A DNA stretch of 64,000 bases from the NCBI GenBank assembly GCA_020850015.1, contig JADZFF010000102.1, forward strand, positions 128 to 64,127. The letters run 5' to 3'. Origin of the DNA: Bdellovibrionales bacterium. Its GTDB lineage: Bacteria > Bdellovibrionota > UBA1018 > JADZFF01. The notes under the pieces are model-generated. The model worked only from the letters and a program-made list of their open reading frames with translations, was not told the DNA's origin and ran no database searches. Every line of letters starts with the position of its first letter. The stretch's first letter is position 1. Position numbers and translations under genes: made by a program. Of this stretch, positions 36,904 to 45,809 are shown piece after piece.

Positions 36904-37798
36904 CTTCAGTCGATTCCTCGGGGAGCGTGTTCAGGGGCGCCGTGATCGGCGGGGCGTCGATTCCAGATCCCAGCGGTTCCGGAGCGAAATTTTCCGCGGG
37001 CGCGGCCTTGGCCTCCGTCAGAGCGGGTTTCTCTTTCCGGCCCACGGGGCTCGTGACCACCGAACGGGCGGCTGGCGACTGCGGGAAGAGCGACAGAAGG
37101 GACTGCCGCGAACGCTCAGCACCGTCGCGGTCCTGCAGGTGCTCATCCGCCTCGGACAGGAGAGCCAGGGAGTCCGCTACGTGGCGGCCACGGGGGTACG
37201 CGGAGAGGGAGCGGCTCAGTTCCTCCCGTGCGAGCTTGTATTCACGATTCTTCAGGTAGGCGGCGCCGATGAAGTGCTGGGCGGAGCCGGCCAGCGCATG
37301 GTCCGGGAATCGTTTCAGGAAGCCGGAAAACGCAAGGATCGAGTCGGAGAATTGCCCGGCCTCGAATCCGATCAAAGCATCGCGGTAAGCCTGCACCGCC
37401 GGGTCGCGCGAGAAGCTCATGATCGGCCCGCCGCGGTGATCGGGAGTGTCTGGAGAGGCGCCGCGCGCCGAGCTGGGGTGCACTGAAACGGGTGTCGCGC
37501 GATCGCCCTTGCGCAAGAGCTGGTCCATTCCCTCGCGGGCGAAGTTGGCTTTTTCGCCCACCGAAGCGAGCTTGTCTTCGAGGTCCTGCACCTTCGCGGT
37601 CATCGCGGTCAGGGATTCGCGGAGGCGCTCCACCTGCGCGGGAAGCTCGTCCGAGCCGGCCGCTGACGCATCCTTCGAGGCCGTGGTTTCCTTGGGCGCG
37701 CTCGAATCCGTGGTGGCGCATCCCGACGCGGCGAAAATCAGGAAGGCGAGCGCCGTCGTCACGCGGGAGGGGCTGAATAATATTGGAAAAAGTCCCAT
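36875..37798 (-). CDS. cpoB: Tol-Pal associated TPR lipoprotein CpoB/YbgF-like
   Basis: Lipobox IFAASGC, an N-terminal coiled coil and C-terminal TPRs (YRDALIGFEAGQFSDSILAFSGFLKRFPDHALAGSAQHFIGAAY). Confidence 0.7.
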   Translation of the reverse strand: MGLFPILFSPSRVTTALAFLIFAASGCATTDSSAPKETTASKDASAAGSDELPAQVERLRESLTAMTAKVQDLEDKLASVGEKANFAREGMDQLLRKGDRATPVSVHPSSARGASPDTPDHRGGPIMSFSRDPAVQAYRDALIGFEAGQFSDSILAFSGFLKRFPDHALAGSAQHFIGAAYLKNREYKLAREELSRSLSAYPRGRHVADSLALLSEADEHLQDRDGAERSRQSLLSLFPQSPAARSVVTSPVGRKEKPALTEAKAAPAENFAPEPLGSGIDAPPITAPLNTLPEESTEDAPPAHPET

Positions 37799-37875
37799 GA
37801 TTTTAGGATAAGGGCCCGGCGCGCTTGCCGCAAGCAACCGCGTGGTTCAGAGTGCATCTCCGAGACGACGGAAAC

Positions 37876-38130
37876 ATGACGCAGACTCCGCAGAATGACC
37901 CCTCGGGCGTGGCCACCTGGACCTTGCGCACCCGCAAGGAGGACTCGGCCTTCCTTTACACCGTGCTCGAAGCCACGGAGGGGATCGCCAGTTTCACGAC
38001 GCTGCCTCACGCGCCTGGCGAGGCGGACCGCACGGTGGAGCTCCTGATCCCCGTGAGCCGGCTTCCGGAGGCGGAGCAGCTGGTGTGCAGCCTGGGTGCG
38101 GTCATCGTCGAGGCGAGAAAGGATCTCTGA
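37876..38130 (+). CDS. DUF4911-like small protein
   Basis: 84 aa. RTRKEDSAFLYTVLEATEGIASFTTL....RTVELLIPVS resembles the DUF4911 pattern. This is a memory-based assignment. Confidence 0.45.
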   Translation: MTQTPQNDPSGVATWTLRTRKEDSAFLYTVLEATEGIASFTTLPHAPGEADRTVELLIPVSRLPEAEQLVCSLGAVIVEARKDL

Positions 38131-38171
38131 GCTTTCGCACCTGGCATGGCCGTTGCTCTCCGTTCCCGCGC

Positions 38172-39206
38172 GTGAACTCCTCCTCACTTTGGTTTCTCTC
38201 CTCCCTCGCGTTGTTGCTTTCGCTGCGGTCGGCGGCGCCGCGAGTCCTCCGCGCGGCGGGAGGGGGCGAGGGGGCGCGGTTGCTCAGGGAAAGCCGAAAC
38301 GCGGCCGCGGAGTTTCAGCGCCTGGCTGACTGCGTGCGGGGGGGGCTTCTGCCCTCGCCATCGGATTGGGAGGCACTGGAGGGGTTGCCCGGGAATTGGG
38401 GCGCCTTCCTCGGGCGGGCGGTGAGGGAGCTCAGAGCGTCGGGAGGGGAGGTTCTTCCCACCTTGAACCGCGCGAGCGCGTTGGCCGTGGAGGAGGAGCG
38501 CTCTCTTTGGAGCGCGCGTGAGAAGGCTGGGCAGGCGACGGCTCAGGCGGGGGCCCTCGTGGTGCTGACTCCCCTCACGGGGATGGCGCTCTACTGGCTG
38601 GTTCCCGAGCTCGACCGCGCGCTCTTCGCCTGGACGACGGCCTGCGCGCTCGCGACCGCCCTTTCCGTGGGCGGCGCGGCTTGGCTGCTGGCCACCGCGG
38701 ATCGCGCGCGATGGGGCGGAGCGAAGGGGCTGGAGCGCCAGTGGCGCGCGCTGCTTGCCTGCGCGGGGGAGAGATTGGCCGCGAGAGTGCGGGGAGGGAC
38801 CCCTCCTGATCTGGCCTGGGAGGACGTTCACGCCGCCCTTTCCGCGAGGGACCTGGACCTCGGTGCGATCTGGGGCGCTTCCATCTGGGGCGAGACGGGG
38901 CCCTCGATCCGAATGAAGGCGCCGATGGTACAGGCCTGTGTCTCGCTTCCCGGGCGCCTTCGGGCGGCGGCACGGGTCTCCGTCATGGAGGGCACGCCTT
39001 GCCTGGAAAGGCTGGAGTCCGGGCTGGAGGCCTTTAGGCGGGAGACCGAAGGGGCCGTGGCCCGCGAGCTCGCGCGGCTTCCGGTGCGCGCGCTCCAGCC
39101 TCTTTTCCTCTGCCAGGCTCCGGCGTTGGTGGCGCTGCTGGCGGGCGCCATGCTCGCGGCCTTCCTGGGCCCGGGTGTGTTGCCGGATTCCTCGGGGGGC
39201 CTCTGA
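38172..39206 (+). CDS. Polytopic membrane protein with two GspF/T2SS-F-like repeats (divergent platform protein candidate)
   Basis: Two repeats of the pattern ...G(G/T)..L..L......(E)ER......(A/E)..A...A.....L.PL + TM (SGGEVLPTLNRASALAVEEERSLWSAREKAGQATAQAGALVVLTPL and EGTPCLERLESGLEAFRRETEGAVARELARLPVRALQPLFL). The ORF is open from 38085; a GTG lies at 38172. Confidence 0.4.
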   Translation: MNSSSLWFLSSLALLLSLRSAAPRVLRAAGGGEGARLLRESRNAAAEFQRLADCVRGGLLPSPSDWEALEGLPGNWGAFLGRAVRELRASGGEVLPTLNRASALAVEEERSLWSAREKAGQATAQAGALVVLTPLTGMALYWLVPELDRALFAWTTACALATALSVGGAAWLLATADRARWGGAKGLERQWRALLACAGERLAARVRGGTPPDLAWEDVHAALSARDLDLGAIWGASIWGETGPSIRMKAPMVQACVSLPGRLRAAARVSVMEGTPCLERLESGLEAFRRETEGAVARELARLPVRALQPLFLCQAPALVALLAGAMLAAFLGPGVLPDSSGGL

Positions 39207-39353
39207 CCGCGGTAAGGGCTTTTTTCGAGTTCTGCGCGTGGATGCTCGCCTTCGCGATCGCGATGTCCGGCCGCCCCTGGGCCTTTCCCCAAAGGGGAAA
39301 AAGCCTTGTTGAGGCCATCGAGGCCTCTGGGTCCGTCGCGGGAGCCGCGGGTC

Positions 39354-40343
39354 TCAGCCCAGCGAGCTTACGTAGGGATTCTTCTCGCGGTTCACGATCT
39401 CGAGGGCAGCGCAGTCGCGCCCAACGTGCGCGCTCTCGAGTTTTCCGCCCCGGTAAATCGCCACGTGCAGATCAACAAGCGCGGCCACGGAGCAGGAAAG
39501 CAGCGAGCCGTCCGTATCCTCGATCGAGAGGCCGGCGAAGTCCTTGAGGCTGGCGCGGAAGTGCCCACGGAAACTGAGATCTCCTCGGTCCGCCTGGAAT
39601 CGCCACTCGGTCAGGCTCTGCGATGAGCGGATGCGAATCGAGTCCAGGAGTCCGTTGAACTCATGGGGCTGGCCCCGGTAGTGGAAGTACATCGCGGATA
39701 GGCGGGGAGAGCGGAGCCCGCCGGGGAGCCGAGCCCTGGCGGTAAGGCCGTCGAAGATGAGGTCCGAGGGAGCCCCTTCGGCGTCGCGGAAATGGTTGCA
39801 GTGCCCCCAGATCCAGGAATGAGCGTGAGTGGGGCCGGAGATGGCTCCCCACATTCCCGGCACCGCTTCCACCTGAAAAGACCTGCCGTCCACGGAATAA
39901 GATCCCGTGAACAGGAGCAGTTCCTCGCAGGTCACCGCGCGATTCCTCACCAGGCCGGACCTCGCGAGGTTCTCGGATACGAAATCAAAGGACTGGCCAC
40001 CGGCCGTCTTCAGGGCGAAGTCCCAAGAGATCGCCGAGCCCTTGGACTGGGCGGCGCCCCGCAGGCGGGAGCCGGAGAATTCGCAGTCGCCGAGGCGGGC
40101 CTGGTCCGGCGAGGCGATCAGCTCCTCCAGGTCAGATCCGCGTTTCACAGCGGACTTTTCCACCTCGCCGCTCTCGAGCTTTCTCCAAAACACGGCGGAA
40201 ACCTCGGCCGACCGGCGGAAGCCGTTGCGGCTCGCGAGCACGGTGAATCGGATGAGCAGGGCCTGCCGCCTCGAAGGATCGTTCAGTTTGAAGTACCACT
40301 CGTGGTGATAACCCGTGCGGGCCGCTGCGTCTGGAATGGTCAC
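39354..40343 (-). CDS. Hypothetical beta-rich protein, weakly AttH/CrtC/tocopherol-cyclase-like at the N-terminus
   Basis: The GTG at 40343 overlaps the ATPase stop (GTGA); an alternative ATG is at 40397. GYHHEWYFKLND resembles the (E/G)WWYF start of the AttH/tocopherol-cyclase fold. No signal peptide was seen. Confidence 0.6.
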   Translation of the reverse strand: MTIPDAAARTGYHHEWYFKLNDPSRRQALLIRFTVLASRNGFRRSAEVSAVFWRKLESGEVEKSAVKRGSDLEELIASPDQARLGDCEFSGSRLRGAAQSKGSAISWDFALKTAGGQSFDFVSENLARSGLVRNRAVTCEELLLFTGSYSVDGRSFQVEAVPGMWGAISGPTHAHSWIWGHCNHFRDAEGAPSDLIFDGLTARARLPGGLRSPRLSAMYFHYRGQPHEFNGLLDSIRIRSSQSLTEWRFQADRGDLSFRGHFRASLKDFAGLSIEDTDGSLLSCSVAALVDLHVAIYRGGKLESAHVGRDCAALEIVNREKNPYVSSLG

Positions 40344-41338
40344 CGGAATCGGGAGGGCGCCGCGGGTCGGGCGGGGGTCTCTGTGGGCTGCGGCCATGCT
40401 CTTCTTAGTAACACCGGTCTCAACATGACGGTATCCCCCTCCCGGCCCTCGATTCGGCAGAGCTCCGAGATGAACCGAGCGGAACCCGCGCGCTCCACAT
40501 GTGCCACCCAGCGCAGCCCGGAGGCGATGAGCTCCCGGATGAGCGAGGTTCCGATCGCCCCGCCGCTCGCCAGGAGACAGAGGAGCTCGATGCGTCTGAG
40601 AGCATCGCGGGCGGAATCGGCGTGTAGGGTGGCGAAGGCTCCGCCGTGGCCAGTGTTCAGGGCCTGAAGCAGCTCGAGCACCTCGGTTCCCCTGCACTCA
40701 CCGAGCACGATCCGATCCGGTCTCATTCTTAGGCTCTGGCGGAGCAGGTCGCGGACCGTGATCTCGCCGAAGCCGTCGGCGTTCGCGGGCCGCGAGACGA
40801 GGCTGAGAAAATGGGGATGGCGGGGAGCGAGCTCGGGCACGTCCTCCAGGGCGACGATGCGTTCTCCCGCGCCGAGGCTGCCCAGGAGCTCCGAAACCAA
40901 AGTCGTCTTTCCGCTTCCGGTGGCTCCCGAGACGACGATCGACTCCCTGGAGCGCGCCGCCTCAAGCACGCGGGCATAGGCCGGATCGGCGGACCAGCGC
41001 GGGGGGGCGGCCTCGTCGGATCTGGCAAGCCGCCTGAGAGAAACCAGTACTCCTCGGGGCGAGGCCGGCGGAAAGACGGCGTGAAGCCGGATCCCACCCG
41101 GGAGGAGGGCGTCGGCATAAGGCGAGCGCGCGTCCCAGCTTCTGCCCGCGGCGGCGAGCTGGTGCACGGCCCAGTCCCGGACCCAGTCTTTGCCTGGACC
41201 ACGGGCATCGGCCGAGGGGATGCTCACCGGACTCCACTCTCCCCGGCGGTCGGCCCAGGCTTCGGTCGAGCCGTTGATGCAGACATCGGTGACGTCGGGA
41301 TCCCTCAGGAGGGCCTGAAGCCAGTCAGGCGTGGTCAC
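40340..41338 (-). CDS. Compact CpaF/VirB11-class secretion ATPase (T2SS-E family)
   Basis: Walker A VSGATGSGKTTLVS, IVALEDVPEL, RMRPDRIVLGECRGTEV and NTGHGGAFATLHADS. An ATGA overlap joins it to the upstream secretin gene. Confidence 0.85.
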   Translation of the reverse strand: MTTPDWLQALLRDPDVTDVCINGSTEAWADRRGEWSPVSIPSADARGPGKDWVRDWAVHQLAAAGRSWDARSPYADALLPGGIRLHAVFPPASPRGVLVSLRRLARSDEAAPPRWSADPAYARVLEAARSRESIVVSGATGSGKTTLVSELLGSLGAGERIVALEDVPELAPRHPHFLSLVSRPANADGFGEITVRDLLRQSLRMRPDRIVLGECRGTEVLELLQALNTGHGGAFATLHADSARDALRRIELLCLLASGGAIGTSLIRELIASGLRWVAHVERAGSARFISELCRIEGREGDTVMLRPVLLRRAWPQPTETPARPAAPSRFR

Positions 41339-42822
41339 TGGAACGCGCTCCAGGGATAGGTCGGGTCGGAGTGGATCGCCTGGAATTCCTGGGGCGAAAG
41401 CCAGTTTCGGGGCGCGGGAACGGGCCCGGAGGGAAATTCGGCTTCTGAAACCTTCGCGAGTGGCGCGGAGGGAGCGGAGCGGTGGGGAATCAGTATGGCC
41501 AGGAGTTCGGAGCGCTCCTCGCCCCGCGCATGGACCCCGAACAGAGGGCCGAGCAGGGGCAAGTCGGACAGGAAGGGGATTCCGCTGGAGCCGGAGCGAC
41601 GGACTTCGCGGCTGAGGCCGGAGAGGAGCAATGGCCGTCCGTAGCGCGCGTCGACCTCTGTCTGGATTCGGTTCGCGCGCAGGCGTGGTAGCTCGGAGCC
41701 TCCCGAGGCGCCCGGATCAAGCTCGCTGACCTCCGTGGCGACGTTGAGGCGCAAACCGCGTGAGCCGCCTCTGGAGGTGACGATCTTGAGCGATACCCCG
41801 TGTGGGCGCCAGCTGACCTCGGAGCTGTGGCGGGAACGCACGCGGTAGGCGACTTCACCGCCCGAGAACAGGAGCGCCTCGCCGGGCACGCGCACCGAGA
41901 TTGAAGGGCGGGCGAGCACTTTCAGCTTCCCGCGTTTGGAGAGCGCGCGAAGCGAGGCCTCCACGTCGAAGCCCGCGCTCGCCGGCCAGCGAGTGATCTT
42001 CAGGGCGCCGGGCGCTTCGGAGGGCCAGTCCACGCCGAGTTCCAGGGCCTCGGTGTCGGAGGATTCCAGGAGGAAGGCTCGGAGAAAGACCGCGGGCGCC
42101 TGGCCGTCGCTCTGGTCCCATTCGATCGTCAGGGGGGGCCAGATCGCGCGCGCGGCCTTCTCCCAGGCGGAGGCCTGGGAGGGCGAGCTGGGTTGGCCGT
42201 AGATCCTGAGCTGAGAACCCTCGCGGTCCACCTGGGGTAGGGCGCCGCGGTCGCCCGTGAGCCTTTGGCTCCAGCCCCGAAGGGCGTGTTCGGCGGTTTG
42301 GAGGAGCTCGGGCGCGGGCTGGGTCAGATCGCGGACCGACCCATCGAAGCGGGAAACGAGCTCTTGGACCGCGGCGGCCTCGGAAAGGGTTCGGAACTGC
42401 CCTCTCAGGATCAGGATCTCGCCCATCGCGATCACCTCTACCTCCCGCAGGCTCCCGGCCGCGCGCATCAGCGGCGACGGCGAGCTACGGGCGCTCCAGG
42501 CCATGATTCGCACGGGGCGTCGTTCAGGTGCCGCATGGCGTCGCCAGATCCAAAGGTCGCATACTCCCGCGCGAATGGCCCGGACCAGAAGGGAATCCGG
42601 GGAGTCCGGCGGGACGGTGGCCTTGAGCGCATCGCAGCCGGGGGAGTAGCGGATCAGTTCGGGCGTGGAAAGAAGCCGCTGTTCCCCCACCGAGAGGTAA
42701 ACCGGGGCCAGCTCCAGGGGGAGTTTTCCCTCGGCGAAGCAGGGGCCGGCGAAGGCGAGTGCGAGAAGGGCAAAGGCAGGATGTGTGCGCATGGAGAGAC
42801 CGCAAAGCAATCGTCGAGCCAC
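41335..42822 (-). CDS. Secretin-family outer-membrane protein (CpaC-like)
   Basis: Signal peptide (ALAFAGPCFA/EG) and a C-terminal secretin pattern (GRPLLLSGLSREVRRSGSSGIPFLSDLPLLGPLFG....SELLAILIPH). The start is either GTG at 42822 or ATG at 42792. Confidence 0.75.
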   Translation of the reverse strand: MARRLLCGLSMRTHPAFALLALAFAGPCFAEGKLPLELAPVYLSVGEQRLLSTPELIRYSPGCDALKATVPPDSPDSLLVRAIRAGVCDLWIWRRHAAPERRPVRIMAWSARSSPSPLMRAAGSLREVEVIAMGEILILRGQFRTLSEAAAVQELVSRFDGSVRDLTQPAPELLQTAEHALRGWSQRLTGDRGALPQVDREGSQLRIYGQPSSPSQASAWEKAARAIWPPLTIEWDQSDGQAPAVFLRAFLLESSDTEALELGVDWPSEAPGALKITRWPASAGFDVEASLRALSKRGKLKVLARPSISVRVPGEALLFSGGEVAYRVRSRHSSEVSWRPHGVSLKIVTSRGGSRGLRLNVATEVSELDPGASGGSELPRLRANRIQTEVDARYGRPLLLSGLSREVRRSGSSGIPFLSDLPLLGPLFGVHARGEERSELLAILIPHRSAPSAPLAKVSEAEFPSGPVPAPRNWLSPQEFQAIHSDPTYPWSAFQ

Positions 42823-42901
42823 GGGCTCGGGAGGAGTCCGGTTGACTCAGGCGGAGGGGGGGGCTAGGAAGAGGTTTCCTGAATCAGAACGGAGAACTAC
42901 C

Positions 42902-43024
42902 ATGGCTTCAAAGACCACAGTGACCCGCACCGTGCGCGCCCGCAAGAAATCCCAGCGGGGAAAAGTCCGTAAGAAGAAGAACCGGGCCAAAGGCACCACG
43001 CCGAAGTTTCCCATCCACGGGTAG
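42902..43024 (+). CDS. 40-aa highly basic small ORF upstream of metK
   Basis: GGAGAA RBS 6 nt before the [43 protein letters not shown]. It stops 4 nt before the metK ATG. Confidence 0.3.
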   Translation: MASKTTVTRTVRARKKSQRGKVRKKKNRAKGTTPKFPIHG

Positions 43025-43028
43025 AACG

Positions 43029-44186
43029 ATGTCGAGCCCACAGCTGTTCACGTCGGAATCGGTCTCCGAGGGCCACCCGGACAAGATGGCGGACCAGGTC
43101 TCGGACGCCGTCCTGGATGCCATCCTGGCTCAAGACCCCAAGGCCCGCGTGGCCTGCGAAACCTTGCTGACCACCCAGCTCGTAGTGCTGGCCGGCGAGA
43201 TCACCACGACCGCGAAAAACGTGGATTACGTGGCGATCGCCCGGAACAAGATCCGCGAGATCGGCTACGACTCCCTCGACAAGGGCTTCGATTACCGCAC
43301 CTGCCATGTGATGACCGCTCTGGGCACCCAGAGCCCGGATATCTCCATGGGCGTGACGGCCGACGCGAACAGGGAGCAGGGCGCCGGTGACCAAGGCCTG
43401 ATGTTCGGATACGCGGTCAACGAGTCTGAGTCGTTGATGCCGCTCTCCATCGACCTTTCGCACAAGTTGGTGAAGAATCTCGCTGAGGCCCGCCACTCCG
43501 GAAAGCTTTCCTGGGCGCGTCCCGACGCGAAGTCGCAGGTGACGATCGAGTACGAGAACGGCAAGCCCAAGCGCGCGCATACTGTGGTGATCAGCACGCA
43601 GCATGATCCCTCGGTTTCGCAGGCGCAGATCAAGGAAGCCGTGATCGAGGAGATCGTGAAGAAGACGATTCCGTCCAGCCTTCTCGATTCCAAGACCGTT
43701 TACTACGTGAACCCCACCGGCCGTTTCGTCGTCGGCGGGCCCATGGGCGACTGCGGCCTCACCGGTCGCAAGATCATCGTGGACACCTACGGGGGTCACG
43801 GCGGGCACGGCGGCGGCGCGTTTTCGGGCAAAGACCCGTCGAAAGTGGACCGTTCGGCCTGTTACATGGCCCGTTACGTGGCGAAGAACATCGTGGCGGC
43901 CGGGCTCGCGGACCGTTGCCTCGTGCAGCTCGCTTACGCCATCGGAGTGGCGGAGCCCGTGAGCGTGATGGTGAATGCCTTCGGCACCGAGAAGATGTCG
44001 ATCGATCGCCTGGAAAAGGGCGTACGCTCGATCTTCAAATTGAGGCCGGCAGGAATTATCGAATCGTTGAATCTGTTGCGCCCGATCTACGCGAAAACCG
44101 CGGCCTACGGGCACTTCGGACGCAACGAGCCTGAGTTCACCTGGGAGCGCACCGACAAGATCGAGGCGCTTCGGGCGTTGAAATAG
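43029..44186 (+). CDS. metK: S-adenosylmethionine synthetase
   Basis: [37 protein letters not shown] and [16 protein letters not shown], the canonical MetK motifs. Confidence 0.97.
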   Translation: MSSPQLFTSESVSEGHPDKMADQVSDAVLDAILAQDPKARVACETLLTTQLVVLAGEITTTAKNVDYVAIARNKIREIGYDSLDKGFDYRTCHVMTALGTQSPDISMGVTADANREQGAGDQGLMFGYAVNESESLMPLSIDLSHKLVKNLAEARHSGKLSWARPDAKSQVTIEYENGKPKRAHTVVISTQHDPSVSQAQIKEAVIEEIVKKTIPSSLLDSKTVYYVNPTGRFVVGGPMGDCGLTGRKIIVDTYGGHGGHGGGAFSGKDPSKVDRSACYMARYVAKNIVAAGLADRCLVQLAYAIGVAEPVSVMVNAFGTEKMSIDRLEKGVRSIFKLRPAGIIESLNLLRPIYAKTAAYGHFGRNEPEFTWERTDKIEALRALK

Positions 44187-44190
44187 GTAC

Positions 44191-44412
44191 ATGCCGTTTC
44201 TGCATACGCTGCTTCGTCTTTATCCGTTCTGGGCCGTTCCGCTCGGTCTGCTGCTCATCGAGATCGGCGTGTTTCTCAAGCGGCGGCGCACGAGCGGGCA
44301 TATCCAGAGCTGGGTTGGGGCTGGATTTCTGCTCGCCACTTCCATCGCATGGATGGTGATGCGGGGGGATCGGTACTCCGATGACTGGCTCCGCCGGATG
44401 TTCATGTCCTGA
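44191..44412 (+). CDS. Small two-TM membrane protein
   Basis: 73 aa with two hydrophobic helices. It starts 4 nt after the metK stop. Confidence 0.45.
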   Translation: MPFLHTLLRLYPFWAVPLGLLLIEIGVFLKRRRTSGHIQSWVGAGFLLATSIAWMVMRGDRYSDDWLRRMFMS

Positions 44413-44707
44413 AAAATCGTGTCGAATTTCTTCTCTTGAAGTGCTGCGTTGAAGTGGAGCGCTTCGCCCGACCATTTTTAGCGTCAGTAATTTCACTGTG
44501 ACTTCAGAGGGTTATTGACGTTCTTAGAAAAGATTTTGACAGGGGTGCAGAAGACCCTTAGCCTCTTTTTAGGCACCGCGTTCCCCGGCGGAGGATCCTC
44601 CGGGGAAGACGGTACCTGCCACGGAAGTGGCGATCCGGTGGGCAGCAGGGAGCGCTGCGCTAATGGGAGTGGAACTCCCCTCGCCCGCAACAACTCATGG
44701 AAGGGTA

Positions 44708-45724
44708 ATGGCGATGGAACCGATGAAATCCTCGTTCGTGGGCGAGAGCCCCGCGATTCAAGACATCCTCAATCAAATCGATCAATACAGCCTAACGGAC
44801 CAGCACCTGCTGATCAGGGGTGAGAGCGGCACGGGCAAGGAGCTCGTGGCGCAGGCGATCCACGCGGGGTCGAGCCGCCGCAACGGCGCGATGATCTCCG
44901 TGAGCTGCGGAGCGATCCCGGGCGACCTGCTGGAGGCCGAGCTGTTCGGGCTCTACAAGGGCGGTCAGGGGCGTTTCGAGATCGCTCAGGGCGGAACTCT
45001 CTATCTCGACGAGATCAATGAGATGCCCCTCCACGTGCAGGCCAAGCTGCTGCGCGCGCTCCAGACCCGCCAGGCGGAAGTGGCGGGTGGCGGACGGAGC
45101 TACGAGTTCAATGTTCGGGTGATCGCGGCGACGTCGGCGGACCTCGAAGGCGCCGTGAGCCGCAGGGAGTTCCGCGAGGATCTCTATCACCGGTTCAGCG
45201 GGGCCGTGATGCGGATCCCGGCGCTGCGCGCCCGCAAGAGCGATATTCCGGTGCTCACCAAGGCGTTCGTTCAACGCTTCAATGCGCTGACGGGACACTC
45301 GGTAAGCACCCCTGACGGTAAAGTGATGGATGCCCTGATGGCCTACGACTGGCCGGGTAACGTGCGTGAACTGGAGAATCTGATGGAACGACTGGTGATC
45401 ATGAAGAACAACGGCGGCATCGAGCTCGAGGATCTTCCCACGAAGGTCTTCCGCAAGTACGCCGAGGATCAATCCCCGGGTGCCGGCGCGGTATCGGAAT
45501 GGGATTTCCCCCGCATGATGCTGCCCCAGAACGGGCTCGACCTGAAGGTGATCGTCTCGGCCTTCGAGAACCACCTGATCGACCAGGCTCTGACCCGCAC
45601 GCACGGGAACAAGAACAAGGCGAGCGAGCTGCTGCAGATGAACCGCACCACGCTGGTGGAGAAGCTGCGCCGCCGGGGCATGATCACGCCCCTCAAGAAG
45701 AAAGAGATCGAAGGGACGTCCTGA
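44708..45724 (+). CDS. Receiver-less bEBP-like AAA+ transcription regulator lacking the GAFTGA loop
   Basis: Walker A GESGTGKE, RVIAAT, an R-finger region and WPGNVRELEN, plus a C-terminal HTH (GNKNKASELLQMNRTTL). Where ELFGxxxGAFTGA....G.FE is expected, the sequence reads ELFGLYKGGQGRFE. Confidence 0.8.
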   Translation: MAMEPMKSSFVGESPAIQDILNQIDQYSLTDQHLLIRGESGTGKELVAQAIHAGSSRRNGAMISVSCGAIPGDLLEAELFGLYKGGQGRFEIAQGGTLYLDEINEMPLHVQAKLLRALQTRQAEVAGGGRSYEFNVRVIAATSADLEGAVSRREFREDLYHRFSGAVMRIPALRARKSDIPVLTKAFVQRFNALTGHSVSTPDGKVMDALMAYDWPGNVRELENLMERLVIMKNNGGIELEDLPTKVFRKYAEDQSPGAGAVSEWDFPRMMLPQNGLDLKVIVSAFENHLIDQALTRTHGNKNKASELLQMNRTTLVEKLRRRGMITPLKKKEIEGTS

Positions 45725-45757
45725 GCTTCTCGCTCGCGGACGAACCGTGTTGTTGAG

Positions 45758-45800
45758 CAGGGGCGCGCCTCGGGAGACCGGGGCGCGCCCCTGGTCTTTT
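45758..45800 (+). terminator. Rho-independent terminator
   Basis: CAGGGGCGCGCC ... GGCGCGCCCCTG (12-bp stem) followed by GTCTTTT. It lies between convergent genes. Confidence 0.75.
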
Positions 45801-45809
45801 CGGCGCGCG

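Noticed and set aside
42823-43028. Expected SAM riboswitch in the metK leader.
   Set aside because: I could not identify the conserved helices or junction motifs of the SAM-I, SAM-II or SAM-V classes by eye. An Rfam scan is needed before anything can be claimed.
42897-44192. 431-aa minus-strand ORF opposite metK.
   Set aside because: metK on the plus strand is unambiguous. This is an antisense shadow ORF.
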